Below are positions 1 through 9,116 of a stretch of 64,000 nucleotides of DNA, piece by piece. The notes under the pieces were generated by a model that was not told where the DNA came from, did no database searches, and saw only the letters and a program-made list of their open reading frames with translations. Each line of letters starts with the position of its first letter. The first letter of the stretch is position 1. This DNA comes from Spirochaetia bacterium (GTDB taxonomy: Bacteria > Spirochaetota > Spirochaetia > DSM-27196 > Salinispiraceae). The DNA lies in assembly GCA_038204425.1 (NCBI GenBank), contig JBBRCZ010000003.1, positions 150,383 through 214,382 on the forward strand, in the 5' to 3' direction. A program made the translations under genes and the position numbers.

Positions 1-103
1 AAGCTAGTGCCTGGTCAAGGGCCTTGCGTGCTTTTTGCAGGTCGTGATCCTTAAGCGCGTCTAGAGAGAGGTTTAGATAGTGACTTGCAGACAATCGTTC
101 CAT
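1..103 (-). CDS. 5' part of a CDS running off the window edge (helical, possibly TPR-like)
   Basis: ATG at 103 opens MERLSASHYLNLSLDALKDHDLQKARKALDQALA with no stop before the edge; co-oriented just downstream of the photolyase. Confidence 0.45.
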   Translation of the reverse strand, partial: MERLSASHYLNLSLDALKDHDLQKARKALDQALA

Positions 104-139
104 AGTGTCGATTGAATTATACCTTTTGAAGTGGCAAAG

Positions 140-1642
140 TCAATCAAGCTGCTTTGATGCGTAAGTCTGCATGTCAAACTTCCGCTCAAGACCTTTATCA
201 TTCATATATCGAACAGTTCCAAAAATTGGCCTAGATGACCATGGGCGGTCGTGGACACCAAAACACCATGCGATGCCGGTATAACCGTTGGCGTCTCTGC
301 CATCAAGTTGATAGCGGTCGTTTAGATAAACTGCAATATCATAGGCCTCACGAGGACTAGAGCTCCACTCAATAATTTTCTTGCCCCAATACATACGCAT
401 ATAGCCGTGCATGCTTGCATGATCTAGTAATTGTTTCTGGGCAGCATTCCACCAGCGGTCATGCGTCTGGGCTTGTTCGAGTTGCTTGAGACTGTAAGTA
501 TAAGGACGCGGGTCAGCACCATGACTTAAGAGGCTTGCTTTGGCCCAAGGGCTTATACCTTCAAACGACTTGTAGTGTGGATTGTAGTTGACATAGTTAA
601 TGGCCAGTTCACGACGCACGACTAGCTGCTCAAAAAAAGCACTTGCTGCTAAGGTTAGGCGTTGATGATAGGGGTTGAGTATTTCCAAGGCTCTGAAGTA
701 CTTGGCTTCTTGATGCGGTCTATAGTCAAAAACAATGCCTTCCTGATTGAGAAAGTCTAACACTTGTGCCAAAATATCGGAAACCGCTACGTGGCCAAAA
801 TGGATCCAGGCCGACAATTGACTGGACGCATCCAAGGCTGGATCGTTATGTTTGAGATGGTAGTACTCTAACTTAAACTGTAAAAATCTATCAAGAGCTG
901 ACTGGGCTGCTTGTGCTCCTCCGTGGAGAAGCAAGGACTTTGCACCACTCACTTGTCCCAAATAGCGTTGTTCTACTAGCTGCCATTGGTCTAGGCTGCG
1001 CCAGACCTTAGCGCTGGCTTTGGTCTGCGCTTGAGACTGATGTCGCGGTACTGTATAAACCGTAGCCAATGAATCCGTCTTGACGCTATCGGTTTCCATT
1101 GCGACGGGGAAATGTTTCATTATAGCTGGCCTAAAGACAGCCGCTGACCAGGCTTGCTTTGGGTAAGCAAGCTTAGCGGCAACCATGCTATCTGCTTCAA
1201 TTTGGACACAGTCGCAGCCGCTTTGCTTGCTTGCGAGCGTCTCGATTAACACCGTGCGCCATTGTTTTTGCCAGTCAAGATAGCCAGTATCAAGTACAAT
1301 CAAGCTCGCTTGCACTTGATCAACTAGTTCAAATACGCGCTGAGCCGGGTTAGTGTATTCAGAAACAAGCACTACAAATTCCAGCCGGTCAGCTTCAAAA
1401 CGAGCACGCGTTTCTTGTATGCCTTCAAGTAGAAAACGATAGTGACTTGCATGTGCATTGGGTACATGTGGTGAAGTAACAAAAATCGTAACTAAGTCCC
1501 GACCTCTGCGGCCGGACTCCAAAAGTGCAAAATCCAAACAAAGATTATTATTTCTTCGTGCTGAGGCTTGCATCCAGTAGATGACGGGTCCCCGTTTATT
1601 TTCTTGAGCCTTGATATGCCACTGAACCCGGCTTGCTTCCAT
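140..1642 (-). CDS. phrB: Class II CPD deoxyribodipyrimidine photolyase
   Basis: VIYWMQ..R..NN N-terminus; SQLSAWIHFGHV, EQLVVRRELAIN, MHGYMRMYWGKKIIEW, DGRDANGYTGIAW and HDRPW..RPIFGTVRYMN class II motifs. Confidence 0.93.
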   Translation of the reverse strand: MEASRVQWHIKAQENKRGPVIYWMQASARRNNNLCLDFALLESGRRGRDLVTIFVTSPHVPNAHASHYRFLLEGIQETRARFEADRLEFVVLVSEYTNPAQRVFELVDQVQASLIVLDTGYLDWQKQWRTVLIETLASKQSGCDCVQIEADSMVAAKLAYPKQAWSAAVFRPAIMKHFPVAMETDSVKTDSLATVYTVPRHQSQAQTKASAKVWRSLDQWQLVEQRYLGQVSGAKSLLLHGGAQAAQSALDRFLQFKLEYYHLKHNDPALDASSQLSAWIHFGHVAVSDILAQVLDFLNQEGIVFDYRPHQEAKYFRALEILNPYHQRLTLAASAFFEQLVVRRELAINYVNYNPHYKSFEGISPWAKASLLSHGADPRPYTYSLKQLEQAQTHDRWWNAAQKQLLDHASMHGYMRMYWGKKIIEWSSSPREAYDIAVYLNDRYQLDGRDANGYTGIAWCFGVHDRPWSSRPIFGTVRYMNDKGLERKFDMQTYASKQLD

Positions 1643-1762
1643 AACTCAATGGTAAACACGTCTCTGGAAATATGTCAGCCATTTTTGGCACATTTTGAAA
1701 ACAAATTGCACTGGCGCAGGGGGTCTTCTTCTATTGATTTTGCTTGTGCTATAATTGCCTTT

Positions 1763-3265
1763 ATGGCCAGTTTGCCGGAAGAAACCTGTCGTGTGCTACT
1801 TGTCGACGATGAACCACTCTCAAGTCGCATCAACGCCTACATTGTCAAAGAGTCGGGCTTTGGAACTGCGCAACAATGTAACGATTCACGACAAGTGCTA
1901 AGTCTTTTGCGCGATGGAATTTACGATGTTATATTCTTGGATCTCAACATGCCTTACCTGACGGGTCAAGAACTGCTGGATCAGATTGGACCTGAGTTTC
2001 CTGACATTCCAGTAATTATCCTTACCAACGAAGACAAGGTCGAAACGGCCGTCGAGTGTATGAAGCGTGGCGCTTTTGACTTTATGACCAAGCCCATTGA
2101 TCGCAACCGCTTTTTGTCGGCTCTTAGACACGCTGTGACCATAAAACAGCTCAAGCAAGAAGTCAAACTGCTTTCGTCGCGTCGTGATGACCACGATTTG
2201 GTTCATCCTGAGCTTTTTTCTGCAATAATTACTCGTTCTCCTTTAATGAAGTCAGTTTTTCTTTATATGGAAGCTATATCAGCAAGTCCGCGCACGTTAC
2301 TAATTACTGGAGAAAGTGGTACCGGTAAGGAACGTATTGCAGAAATAGTGCACAAGCTTTCTGGTCGGACGGGTAACTTTGTACCGATCAACGTAGCTGG
2401 TCTGGATGAAACCGTTTTTTCTGATTCTTTATTTGGGCACTTGCGCGGCTCATATACCGGTGCCGAGGGGGCAAGAAAAGGTCTGGTGGAACAAGCTAAG
2501 CACGGCACGCTCTTTTTGGACGAAATAGGTGACCTCGACAGCGGCGCCCAGATTAAACTACTACGACTTCTGCAAGAAGGAGAATACTATCCGCTAGGTA
2601 GCGACACCGCCATGAAGTCACAAGCGCGTGTGGTAGCCGCTACCAATGCTAACCTGCACGAGAGCCAAGCCAATGGTTCTTTTAGAAAGGACCTCTATTA
2701 TCGCTTAATAGCGCATCAAATTGTACTTCCGCCCTTGCGCGAACGACTTGAAGACATTCCACTCTTGCTAGAGAGTTTTGTTGCTGAGGCTTCTGCTGCT
2801 CTGGCTAGACCTGCCCCGGCAATCGATGAATCGCTATGTTCAGCATTGCAAGAGCATAAGTTCCCAGGAAACATCAGAGAGCTGCAAGCTCAAGTTTTTG
2901 ATGCTGTAGGTAAAAGCAAAGGCTCAGTTTTGCGGCCGGAGCACTTCGGACTTAACAAACCAGTGCTGCTTGGTCAATCAATAGATGCCGCCATCAAAGA
3001 AACTTTGCAGCCAGAAAGTGATGATGCAATTATTAGCCAAGTCCACAATAGGGTTCTCACCGAAGACCCCGTAGCAAGCTTAGCCAAAATCAAAAAGATC
3101 CTCAGTGAAGATGGGCTACCCAGGTTAGATCAGTTAGAATCCATACTCTTTGAATTGGCCCTCAAAAAAAAGGCTGGTAATCAAAGCGCTGCTTCCCATA
3201 TAATTGGCGTATCACAGTCAACACTTTCTCGTTGGCTGCGCACCCAAGCTGAAGTAAAGGATTAA
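1763..3265 (+). CDS. NtrC-family sigma54-dependent response regulator (REC-AAA+-Fis HTH)
   Basis: LLVDDE/FLDLNMP/TKP receiver; GESGTGKE; GSYTGA loop; LFLDEIGD; FPGNIREL; C-terminal GNQSAASHIIGVSQSTL HTH. Start moved to ATG 1763 to avoid overlap with phrB. Confidence 0.92.
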   Translation: MASLPEETCRVLLVDDEPLSSRINAYIVKESGFGTAQQCNDSRQVLSLLRDGIYDVIFLDLNMPYLTGQELLDQIGPEFPDIPVIILTNEDKVETAVECMKRGAFDFMTKPIDRNRFLSALRHAVTIKQLKQEVKLLSSRRDDHDLVHPELFSAIITRSPLMKSVFLYMEAISASPRTLLITGESGTGKERIAEIVHKLSGRTGNFVPINVAGLDETVFSDSLFGHLRGSYTGAEGARKGLVEQAKHGTLFLDEIGDLDSGAQIKLLRLLQEGEYYPLGSDTAMKSQARVVAATNANLHESQANGSFRKDLYYRLIAHQIVLPPLRERLEDIPLLLESFVAEASAALARPAPAIDESLCSALQEHKFPGNIRELQAQVFDAVGKSKGSVLRPEHFGLNKPVLLGQSIDAAIKETLQPESDDAIISQVHNRVLTEDPVASLAKIKKILSEDGLPRLDQLESILFELALKKKAGNQSAASHIIGVSQSTLSRWLRTQAEVKD

Positions 3266-3268
3266 TTT

Positions 3269-4015
3269 GTGGATACCAATAGGCCTTTTGCCAAAAAGAT
3301 ATTCTTTCTCTATCCGCATAGTGTAGTCGAAGATCAAATGATTACCTTACTCATTCAGTCAGAATATGAAGTGGCCTTGATAAATGACTACAAAAAAGCG
3401 GGGCCGATACTCTACCGTTACCCTTCGTCGGTGATCTTTATCAATATTGAATCCGCACTCGATGAGTCCGGTTGGGAACAATTTATAAGTGAGTTGATGA
3501 GAACTCGAGAGAAACACGATGCTCGGATCGGTATAGTTGTTTACAATCCCAGACCAGACTTGGCACAAAAGTATCTAATGGAGATTGGCGTGCAATGTGG
3601 CTTTGTTGGCATCAAGCTGGGACTGGCAGATAGCGCCCGCATCATACTTAAGACCTTGGAAGTCAACGAAGCAAAGGGTGGACGGCGTTATGTTCGTGTA
3701 AAATGTCCGGCTGGTAAAGCAAGTTTTAACATTACTAGCGGCGGTAGAGTAATTAACGGAAGCGTCTCGGACATTAGTTCTGCTGGTCTGTCTTGTGTCT
3801 TTTCTGAGACAATGATACCACCTGTCGATTTTTCCGACATGCAACTGTCTTTATGGGGTATGTTGTTTAAACTACAAGGTCGCCAAGCTGGTGTGAGAAC
3901 TGGGGAAAAAGGCGAAAGTCTGTTTGTAGTGATTTTTGAAGAACTTGATCGCAATACCAAAGGCAAAATTTACACTTTTATTAGAAAAGCACTGCAGGCT
4001 GAGGTAGACCAGTAG
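3269..4015 (+). CDS. PilZ-domain protein (c-di-GMP receptor) with N-terminal REC-like domain
   Basis: RRYVR (RxxxR) and DISSAG (DxSxxG) motifs in the C-terminal domain. Confidence 0.8.
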   Translation: MDTNRPFAKKIFFLYPHSVVEDQMITLLIQSEYEVALINDYKKAGPILYRYPSSVIFINIESALDESGWEQFISELMRTREKHDARIGIVVYNPRPDLAQKYLMEIGVQCGFVGIKLGLADSARIILKTLEVNEAKGGRRYVRVKCPAGKASFNITSGGRVINGSVSDISSAGLSCVFSETMIPPVDFSDMQLSLWGMLFKLQGRQAGVRTGEKGESLFVVIFEELDRNTKGKIYTFIRKALQAEVDQ

Positions 4016-4087
4016 CTCTTTTGCGTGGAATTTGATCAATATGGTGATATATTTTGCATCTATGATGCAGCAGTGGAGGCTAAAACT

Positions 4088-4525
4088 ATGAGAAGCAAAG
4101 GTGATTTTCCCAATTTAAACGATCGTGAACCGGAAGGACTTAAACCAGAGGGGACCCCTTACCGAGTCTTGATTGTGGACGACTCACTTTTTATCGCCAA
4201 ACAACTTAGCCAGATTCTTAGTTCCGAAGGTTTTGAGATTGCAGGTATTGCAAGTGATGGCGAAGAAGGTGTTAACAAATACAAAGAACTTCATCCCAAC
4301 CTTGACCTAGTAACCATGGACATTACGATGCCCAAACTTGACGGAGTAAGTGCTTTGCAACAGATACTTGAGTTTGATAAAAACGCCCAAGTGATAATGA
4401 TCTCCGCGCTGGGTAAGAATGACTTAGTTAAGAATTCACTCATACTAGGCGCCAAGAATTTTATCGTAAAGCCGCTTGACCGGGCCAAAGTTCTTGAACG
4501 TGTTGTCTCAGTTCTCAAGAGATAA
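4088..4525 (+). CDS. cheY: Chemotaxis response regulator, spirochaetal CheY (Borrelia CheY3-like)
   Basis: VLIVDDS, VTMDITMPKLDG, ISALG, FIVKPLDRAKVLERV; spirochaete-type N-terminal extension; GGAGG SD before ATG 4088. Confidence 0.85.
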   Translation: MRSKGDFPNLNDREPEGLKPEGTPYRVLIVDDSLFIAKQLSQILSSEGFEIAGIASDGEEGVNKYKELHPNLDLVTMDITMPKLDGVSALQQILEFDKNAQVIMISALGKNDLVKNSLILGAKNFIVKPLDRAKVLERVVSVLKR

Positions 4526-5617
4526 ATCCGGGAAGTTTTGATAGAGCATCCGTATCCAATCTATTGGCTGACAATCCTCATTGTGGCAAGCGCCTTCTTG
4601 AAACTCCGATCTCAGATCGCCATCATGGATGAGTTGGTCATAGACCAGCTGCCATTTGTTGTTATGTAGATAGGCATCGATTACCGTGTGGCTTTTTTTA
4701 AGAGCTTGGCCCCACAAGTCTTGCAAAGACTCAGTCCGTACTTGGGTCTTGTAGCATGGATCGACCCACTCCTGTCGATTGCTATTACTTAAGAGCGACA
4801 AGATGGTTTGATTGCACGGTTCTATACCATTTACCACGCGTGGATGCAAAAGCGAAACGTAGTGTAAGATGTCTTCTTGCTCAGCCGTTTCAACGTACCC
4901 ATTGGAACGCGCATGCAGACAGGCTTGAGTTTTTTTGGCTAGGTCGCAATACTCAGTACTACTTAGCCCCATTGACCAATGATAAAATCCATTTGCATCA
5001 TTTTTTGCATTCTCAAATCGCTCTTGTAGCTGAGTGTCATTCAAACAGCGAGGGTAAACCTGCTTTAGTGAGTCCACTAAGCGGCTTGCAATCTCAGGGA
5101 CTAGATCAGTTGCGTAAAGCTTTGGAAACAGTGCGCTATTGAGATTTTTCATATTCTTCCAAGAGCAGCAGTAGTGGTCTATCAGGCGTTCACAGACAAC
5201 GTGTAAGTGCCGCCACGCGTCGGTATGACTCTGACTAGGTACTACCCAGCCTGAGCGAAAGTTTATCCAAGGATGCAAATTGCGGTCGAGTATGCCATGA
5301 CTGAGAAATGCAAGTGAAAAAACAGTGGGTAAGTCAAGTTTGCCGCTGGCTTTTGTAAGCAAGGACTTAGTAACTTGAGCAAAACCGCGTCGATGTAAAG
5401 CTACGCTGATGTACAGACCTGAGGGTTTGCTTCTGCGATTATGGTAAAACATGTCGGGCATCTGTGCTCCGTGGTTGAGCGCCACCAACGCTTGATGGTT
5501 AAACTCTGATAGAGGACTATCTGGATCTAGACTAAGATCACTTAAGAGCGGCGCAAGATCCAAAAAAGGTTTCAGACTTTCGAGCGCAAAAATCAAATGG
5601 GCAAGCTGAGACGGCAT
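4508..5617 (-). CDS. Zinc-dependent phospholipase C family protein
   Basis: MP..LAH N-terminus, GAQMPDMFYH, LSHGILDRNLHPWI and H..CE..ID metal-ligand pattern. Confidence 0.65.
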   Translation of the reverse strand: MPSQLAHLIFALESLKPFLDLAPLLSDLSLDPDSPLSEFNHQALVALNHGAQMPDMFYHNRRSKPSGLYISVALHRRGFAQVTKSLLTKASGKLDLPTVFSLAFLSHGILDRNLHPWINFRSGWVVPSQSHTDAWRHLHVVCERLIDHYCCSWKNMKNLNSALFPKLYATDLVPEIASRLVDSLKQVYPRCLNDTQLQERFENAKNDANGFYHWSMGLSSTEYCDLAKKTQACLHARSNGYVETAEQEDILHYVSLLHPRVVNGIEPCNQTILSLLSNSNRQEWVDPCYKTQVRTESLQDLWGQALKKSHTVIDAYLHNNKWQLVYDQLIHDGDLRSEFQEGACHNEDCQPIDWIRMLYQNFPDLSLEN

Positions 5618-5799
5618 CAGACTACTCTAATCAATTAGCCCAATAAGTGACAGGGGATTTTTGATGCAAGCAGCTAGTATCGCTATACAGAACAAGCCCC
5701 ATTGATTAGAATAACTTTATGTCAGCTCTGGCAAAATAATAACAAAAAGAGATTATCCACCCTGACACTTGGTGTCACTAAAGCGGATATCAGGAGGTC

Positions 5800-7026
5800 G
5801 TGGTGAATCAGGAGTCTCAATCTAAATTGATCTTGGTGGTCAATTGTGGCAGTTCCTCGCTAAAATATGAAGTCTTCTTTATGCCACTTGGTACCAGCCT
5901 CGGCAAGGGTATGGTAGAACGAATAGGCATGCCTATTGGTAATCTTGACCAAAGCTCACCAAAGGGCAACTACCATCGTGACGCAGTTATTGAAGACCAC
6001 ACCACCGCTATGGATTTGATGATACAAGCCTTGATAGACCCAGACATGGGGATTGTTTCTTCGCTAGAAAAAATAAGTGGCGTAGGTCACCGCGTAGTGC
6101 ATGGTGGCGAAAAGTACGCCACGTCAGTAGTGATTGATGAACAAGTAATTAATGCTATACAAGAATGTATAGAGCTCGCACCACTACATAATCCCGCTAA
6201 CCTAATTGGTATTCGGGAGTCGATCAGGCTTTTTCCTAAAGCAAGCCAGGTTGCGGTGTTTGATACATCGTTTCATCAGACTATCCCACCAGCGGCCTAT
6301 CTCTATGGATTGCCGCGAGAACTATACGAAAAGTATAGGATTAGAAAATATGGTTTCCATGGTACCAGTCACCGCTTCGTTTATAAAGAAGCCGTTTCGT
6401 ACATGAAACGCAGTGATGAAAATACCAATATTATTTCGTGTCACCTCGGAAATGGGGCAAGTTTGACTGCCATAGAAGCTGGCAAATCCATCGATACGTC
6501 GATGGGTTTTACCCCATTAGAAGGCTTAGTTATGGGTACGCGTTGTGGTGACATAGACCCTCAAATTGTTATTTTCCTGCTTGAACACGGCTATACCCAT
6601 GAACAATTGAACACTATGCTCAACAAAAAATCCGGCCTATTGGGCATGACCGGTATTTCCAGTGATATGCGTGATGTCTACAAAGCTTCAATAGAAGGAA
6701 ATCAAATTGCAAGTGATGCTCTGGATGTCTATGCTCGCCGGGTTAGGCGCTACATTGGGGCCTACATGGCAGAATTGGTAAAGGTCGACGCATTAGTTTT
6801 TACTGGTGGCATCGGGCAGTGGGCTTTTCACATGCGTGAACGAATTTGTAGTCGCCTTGAAAACTTAGGTATCTTTATGGACTACGAAAAAAATCGCAGC
6901 AACGGCCCCTCGATGGGGGTAGTGAGTACACCCTACTCGCCAGTTACTATTTTGGTAGTGCCTACCAATGAAGAACTGCAAATAGCGACTGACACGCAAA
7001 ACTTGCTCAATGATAAGGTGATCTAG
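5800..7026 (+). CDS. ackA: Acetate kinase
   Basis: VNCGSSSLKY, GHRVVHGG, LAPLHNPAN, FDTSFHQT, YGFHGTSH, HLGNGAS, TPLEGLVMGTRCGDIDP, PTNEE; AGGAGG SD. Confidence 0.96.
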   Translation: MVNQESQSKLILVVNCGSSSLKYEVFFMPLGTSLGKGMVERIGMPIGNLDQSSPKGNYHRDAVIEDHTTAMDLMIQALIDPDMGIVSSLEKISGVGHRVVHGGEKYATSVVIDEQVINAIQECIELAPLHNPANLIGIRESIRLFPKASQVAVFDTSFHQTIPPAAYLYGLPRELYEKYRIRKYGFHGTSHRFVYKEAVSYMKRSDENTNIISCHLGNGASLTAIEAGKSIDTSMGFTPLEGLVMGTRCGDIDPQIVIFLLEHGYTHEQLNTMLNKKSGLLGMTGISSDMRDVYKASIEGNQIASDALDVYARRVRRYIGAYMAELVKVDALVFTGGIGQWAFHMRERICSRLENLGIFMDYEKNRSNGPSMGVVSTPYSPVTILVVPTNEELQIATDTQNLLNDKVI

Positions 7027-7029
7027 TCT

Positions 7030-8733
7030 TTGATTCCACCCTTGGTCACTTTTAGCATTCTTTGGCAATCTCGGACCTGCCCATACTTGCTTAAGCAATA
7101 CCTGCGCTCGGGTGCGCCAAGTTCCAGCAAGTCTACAACACTTGGGAGCTTGGCAGGCATTTTTGAACAGGTTCGACTAAATTTACTCGGCGCAAGCAAT
7201 AGCCAATCAGCCGAGGAACTATTTGCCGAAGATCGATTTTTGAACTTTCAAAAAAGCCAAGTTATGGATCTTGCCAAGCAGTGTTTTTTGCAAGTAAGCA
7301 TCATAGAATCTCAAACGTTATTTGCGATGGAAGGTGAGACGCTGCGTGAACTGGGATGGCTTTCGGCTAAGACCGATGGAAAACTACGAACAAAGAAAGC
7401 CTTAGTTTTGCATAAAGACAATTGGCAGAGCGAACTAGAAGGCCTTCCTGGATTGGAATCAGCTACGTTTGTTTGGAAAAATCTATGCGCCCAGGTAGAC
7501 TTTCTCTTTGTCATGCCTGATGGAAAGTTTGTCGTGCTAATGGTGAGCGCGAGTCCAAGAATCAAAGAATCACTTATTCAAGAAGCAGATTTTGCCCGTT
7601 ATGTGCTCGAGAACTCTGGTATGGAAGTCGCACAGGTCTGGTTGCTTCATCCTAATGAATCCTACACTCGACCAAGCGGCCAAGGTCAGATTGACAATGG
7701 ACAGTTCTTTTCGCTAAGTCCGCTGGGGCAAAAGCTCAAACATTTGAGCACAAGCGTGAGTTCGCAGCTTCCAACAATCTTTGCCAAGGCACTTGAAGCA
7801 GAGCCTTGTGACAGTAAACAAGAATGCTTGTTTTGTACTTCGCAAGCCAAAGCCGTTAGCCCGGATAGTGTTCACACGCTACATAGGCCTGGCCAGCTGA
7901 TTGAACTATTGGAGCAAGAGGGTGTTCACACTTTGGCAGAAACACAAACGGCATCGCTAAAGACGCGTTCCCAACTAAAAGAACGCCACCTAATTCAAAT
8001 CCGAGCCCATCTGCAGCAAGAAGTTATTGTAGACAAAGTTGCACTTGCAGCATTCCTTGGCAGCCTTAGCAGCCCGTACTCGTTCTTGGATTTTGAAAGT
8101 ACCTGTGAAGCTGTTCCTCCATTAGATCTGGCCAGAGTCTGGGAGCACTTGCCGTTTTTATTCAGTACCCACCAACTTTTGGGGCACACCTTGCAAAGCA
8201 TTGCCTCCTGCACCAACGTCTTTGATCTAGACGATGATCTACTTCACCATAGCTATCTGATAGACCCCGGCGCAGATCGTCAACAGGGCGAACGGTGCTT
8301 GATAGAGGCTTTGCTAAAAGAGCTGCCAGCGCAAGGAAGCATTTTGGCCTACGGTGCGGCTTTTGAACGAAATGTTTTGCATCGACTTGCCCAGCGCCAT
8401 CCAGATTTAAAACACCAAATCACGCACGTTGCAGGGCGGATTGTAGACCTTCAAATTCCATTTGCCAATTTTTGGTTTTACCATCCTGGGCAAATGGGTA
8501 GGCTTAGTCTCAAAAAAATCTTACCCTTAATTGGTGGCCGTAATCACAGTGCACTAGCCATTAGATCTGGTGGCGATGCCAACCAGCGCTACTATGAACT
8601 GTGCCACCCGGCCTTGGGCGGCATTAAATCTCGCGCTGAACAAGACCAGATAAGCAGAGACTTAACCTTGTACTGCACCATGGACACCCAAGGTCTGGTG
8701 ACGGTCTTACATACCTTGATTAGCCAACTATAG
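7030..8733 (+). CDS. DUF2779-family protein (PD-(D/E)XK-like N-terminus plus RNase H-like C-terminal domain)
   Basis: FLDFES..EAVP, LPFLFSTH, AYGAAFE, IVDLQIPF, SLKKILP, GGDA, YCTMDT match the DUF2779 pattern. Confidence 0.7.
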   Translation: MIPPLVTFSILWQSRTCPYLLKQYLRSGAPSSSKSTTLGSLAGIFEQVRLNLLGASNSQSAEELFAEDRFLNFQKSQVMDLAKQCFLQVSIIESQTLFAMEGETLRELGWLSAKTDGKLRTKKALVLHKDNWQSELEGLPGLESATFVWKNLCAQVDFLFVMPDGKFVVLMVSASPRIKESLIQEADFARYVLENSGMEVAQVWLLHPNESYTRPSGQGQIDNGQFFSLSPLGQKLKHLSTSVSSQLPTIFAKALEAEPCDSKQECLFCTSQAKAVSPDSVHTLHRPGQLIELLEQEGVHTLAETQTASLKTRSQLKERHLIQIRAHLQQEVIVDKVALAAFLGSLSSPYSFLDFESTCEAVPPLDLARVWEHLPFLFSTHQLLGHTLQSIASCTNVFDLDDDLLHHSYLIDPGADRQQGERCLIEALLKELPAQGSILAYGAAFERNVLHRLAQRHPDLKHQITHVAGRIVDLQIPFANFWFYHPGQMGRLSLKKILPLIGGRNHSALAIRSGGDANQRYYELCHPALGGIKSRAEQDQISRDLTLYCTMDTQGLVTVLHTLISQL

Positions 8734-8809
8734 TGGGGCAAAAGTCCTCTATCTGTATTAGACTTGAGTAGAGCACAAAGACTCTAATGGAATGCTCAAG
8801 GAGAATTGC

Positions 8810-9052
8810 ATGTCCGAACAAAGCCTAGAAACTATCTATGAAGCCGACAGCCAGATAGAAGCATCGGTAATTGAAAACCTACTTAGTACTAATGGTATTG
8901 CTTGCACCATCCGCAATGTTGGATTGCCGGGAGTTTTTGGAAGCAGCGCTGGAAAAAATCCCCTAGCAGAGTTGTACCAAGTCTTGGTAAAATCGACACA
9001 ACTTGAACTAGCAGAACAGACCATTTTAGACTACCAATCGCCTGACGAGTAA
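8810..9052 (+). CDS. DUF2007-like small protein (putative signal transducing protein)
   Basis: IYEADSQIEASVIENLLSTNGIAC...VLV...LELAEQTI pattern; AAGGAG SD. Confidence 0.7.
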   Translation: MSEQSLETIYEADSQIEASVIENLLSTNGIACTIRNVGLPGVFGSSAGKNPLAELYQVLVKSTQLELAEQTILDYQSPDE

Positions 9053-9075
9053 CGACTAAAAGAACCAATACAAGA

Positions 9076-9113
9076 GCCGTGAAGAGCAAAAATCTCATCA
9101 CGGCCTTTTTTTT
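9076..9113 (+). terminator. Rho-independent terminator
   Basis: GCCGTGA...TCACGGC stem followed by a T8 tract, between convergent genes. Confidence 0.7.
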
Positions 9114-9116
9114 ACT

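Noticed and set aside
1568..1762. 65-aa N-terminal extension of the NtrC-type ORF
   Set aside because: Overlaps divergent phrB and its promoter; the receiver domain begins after ATG 1763.
7030..8733. Cas4-like features as a CRISPR-Cas locus
   Set aside because: No cas1/cas2 and no repeat-spacer array seen in the window.
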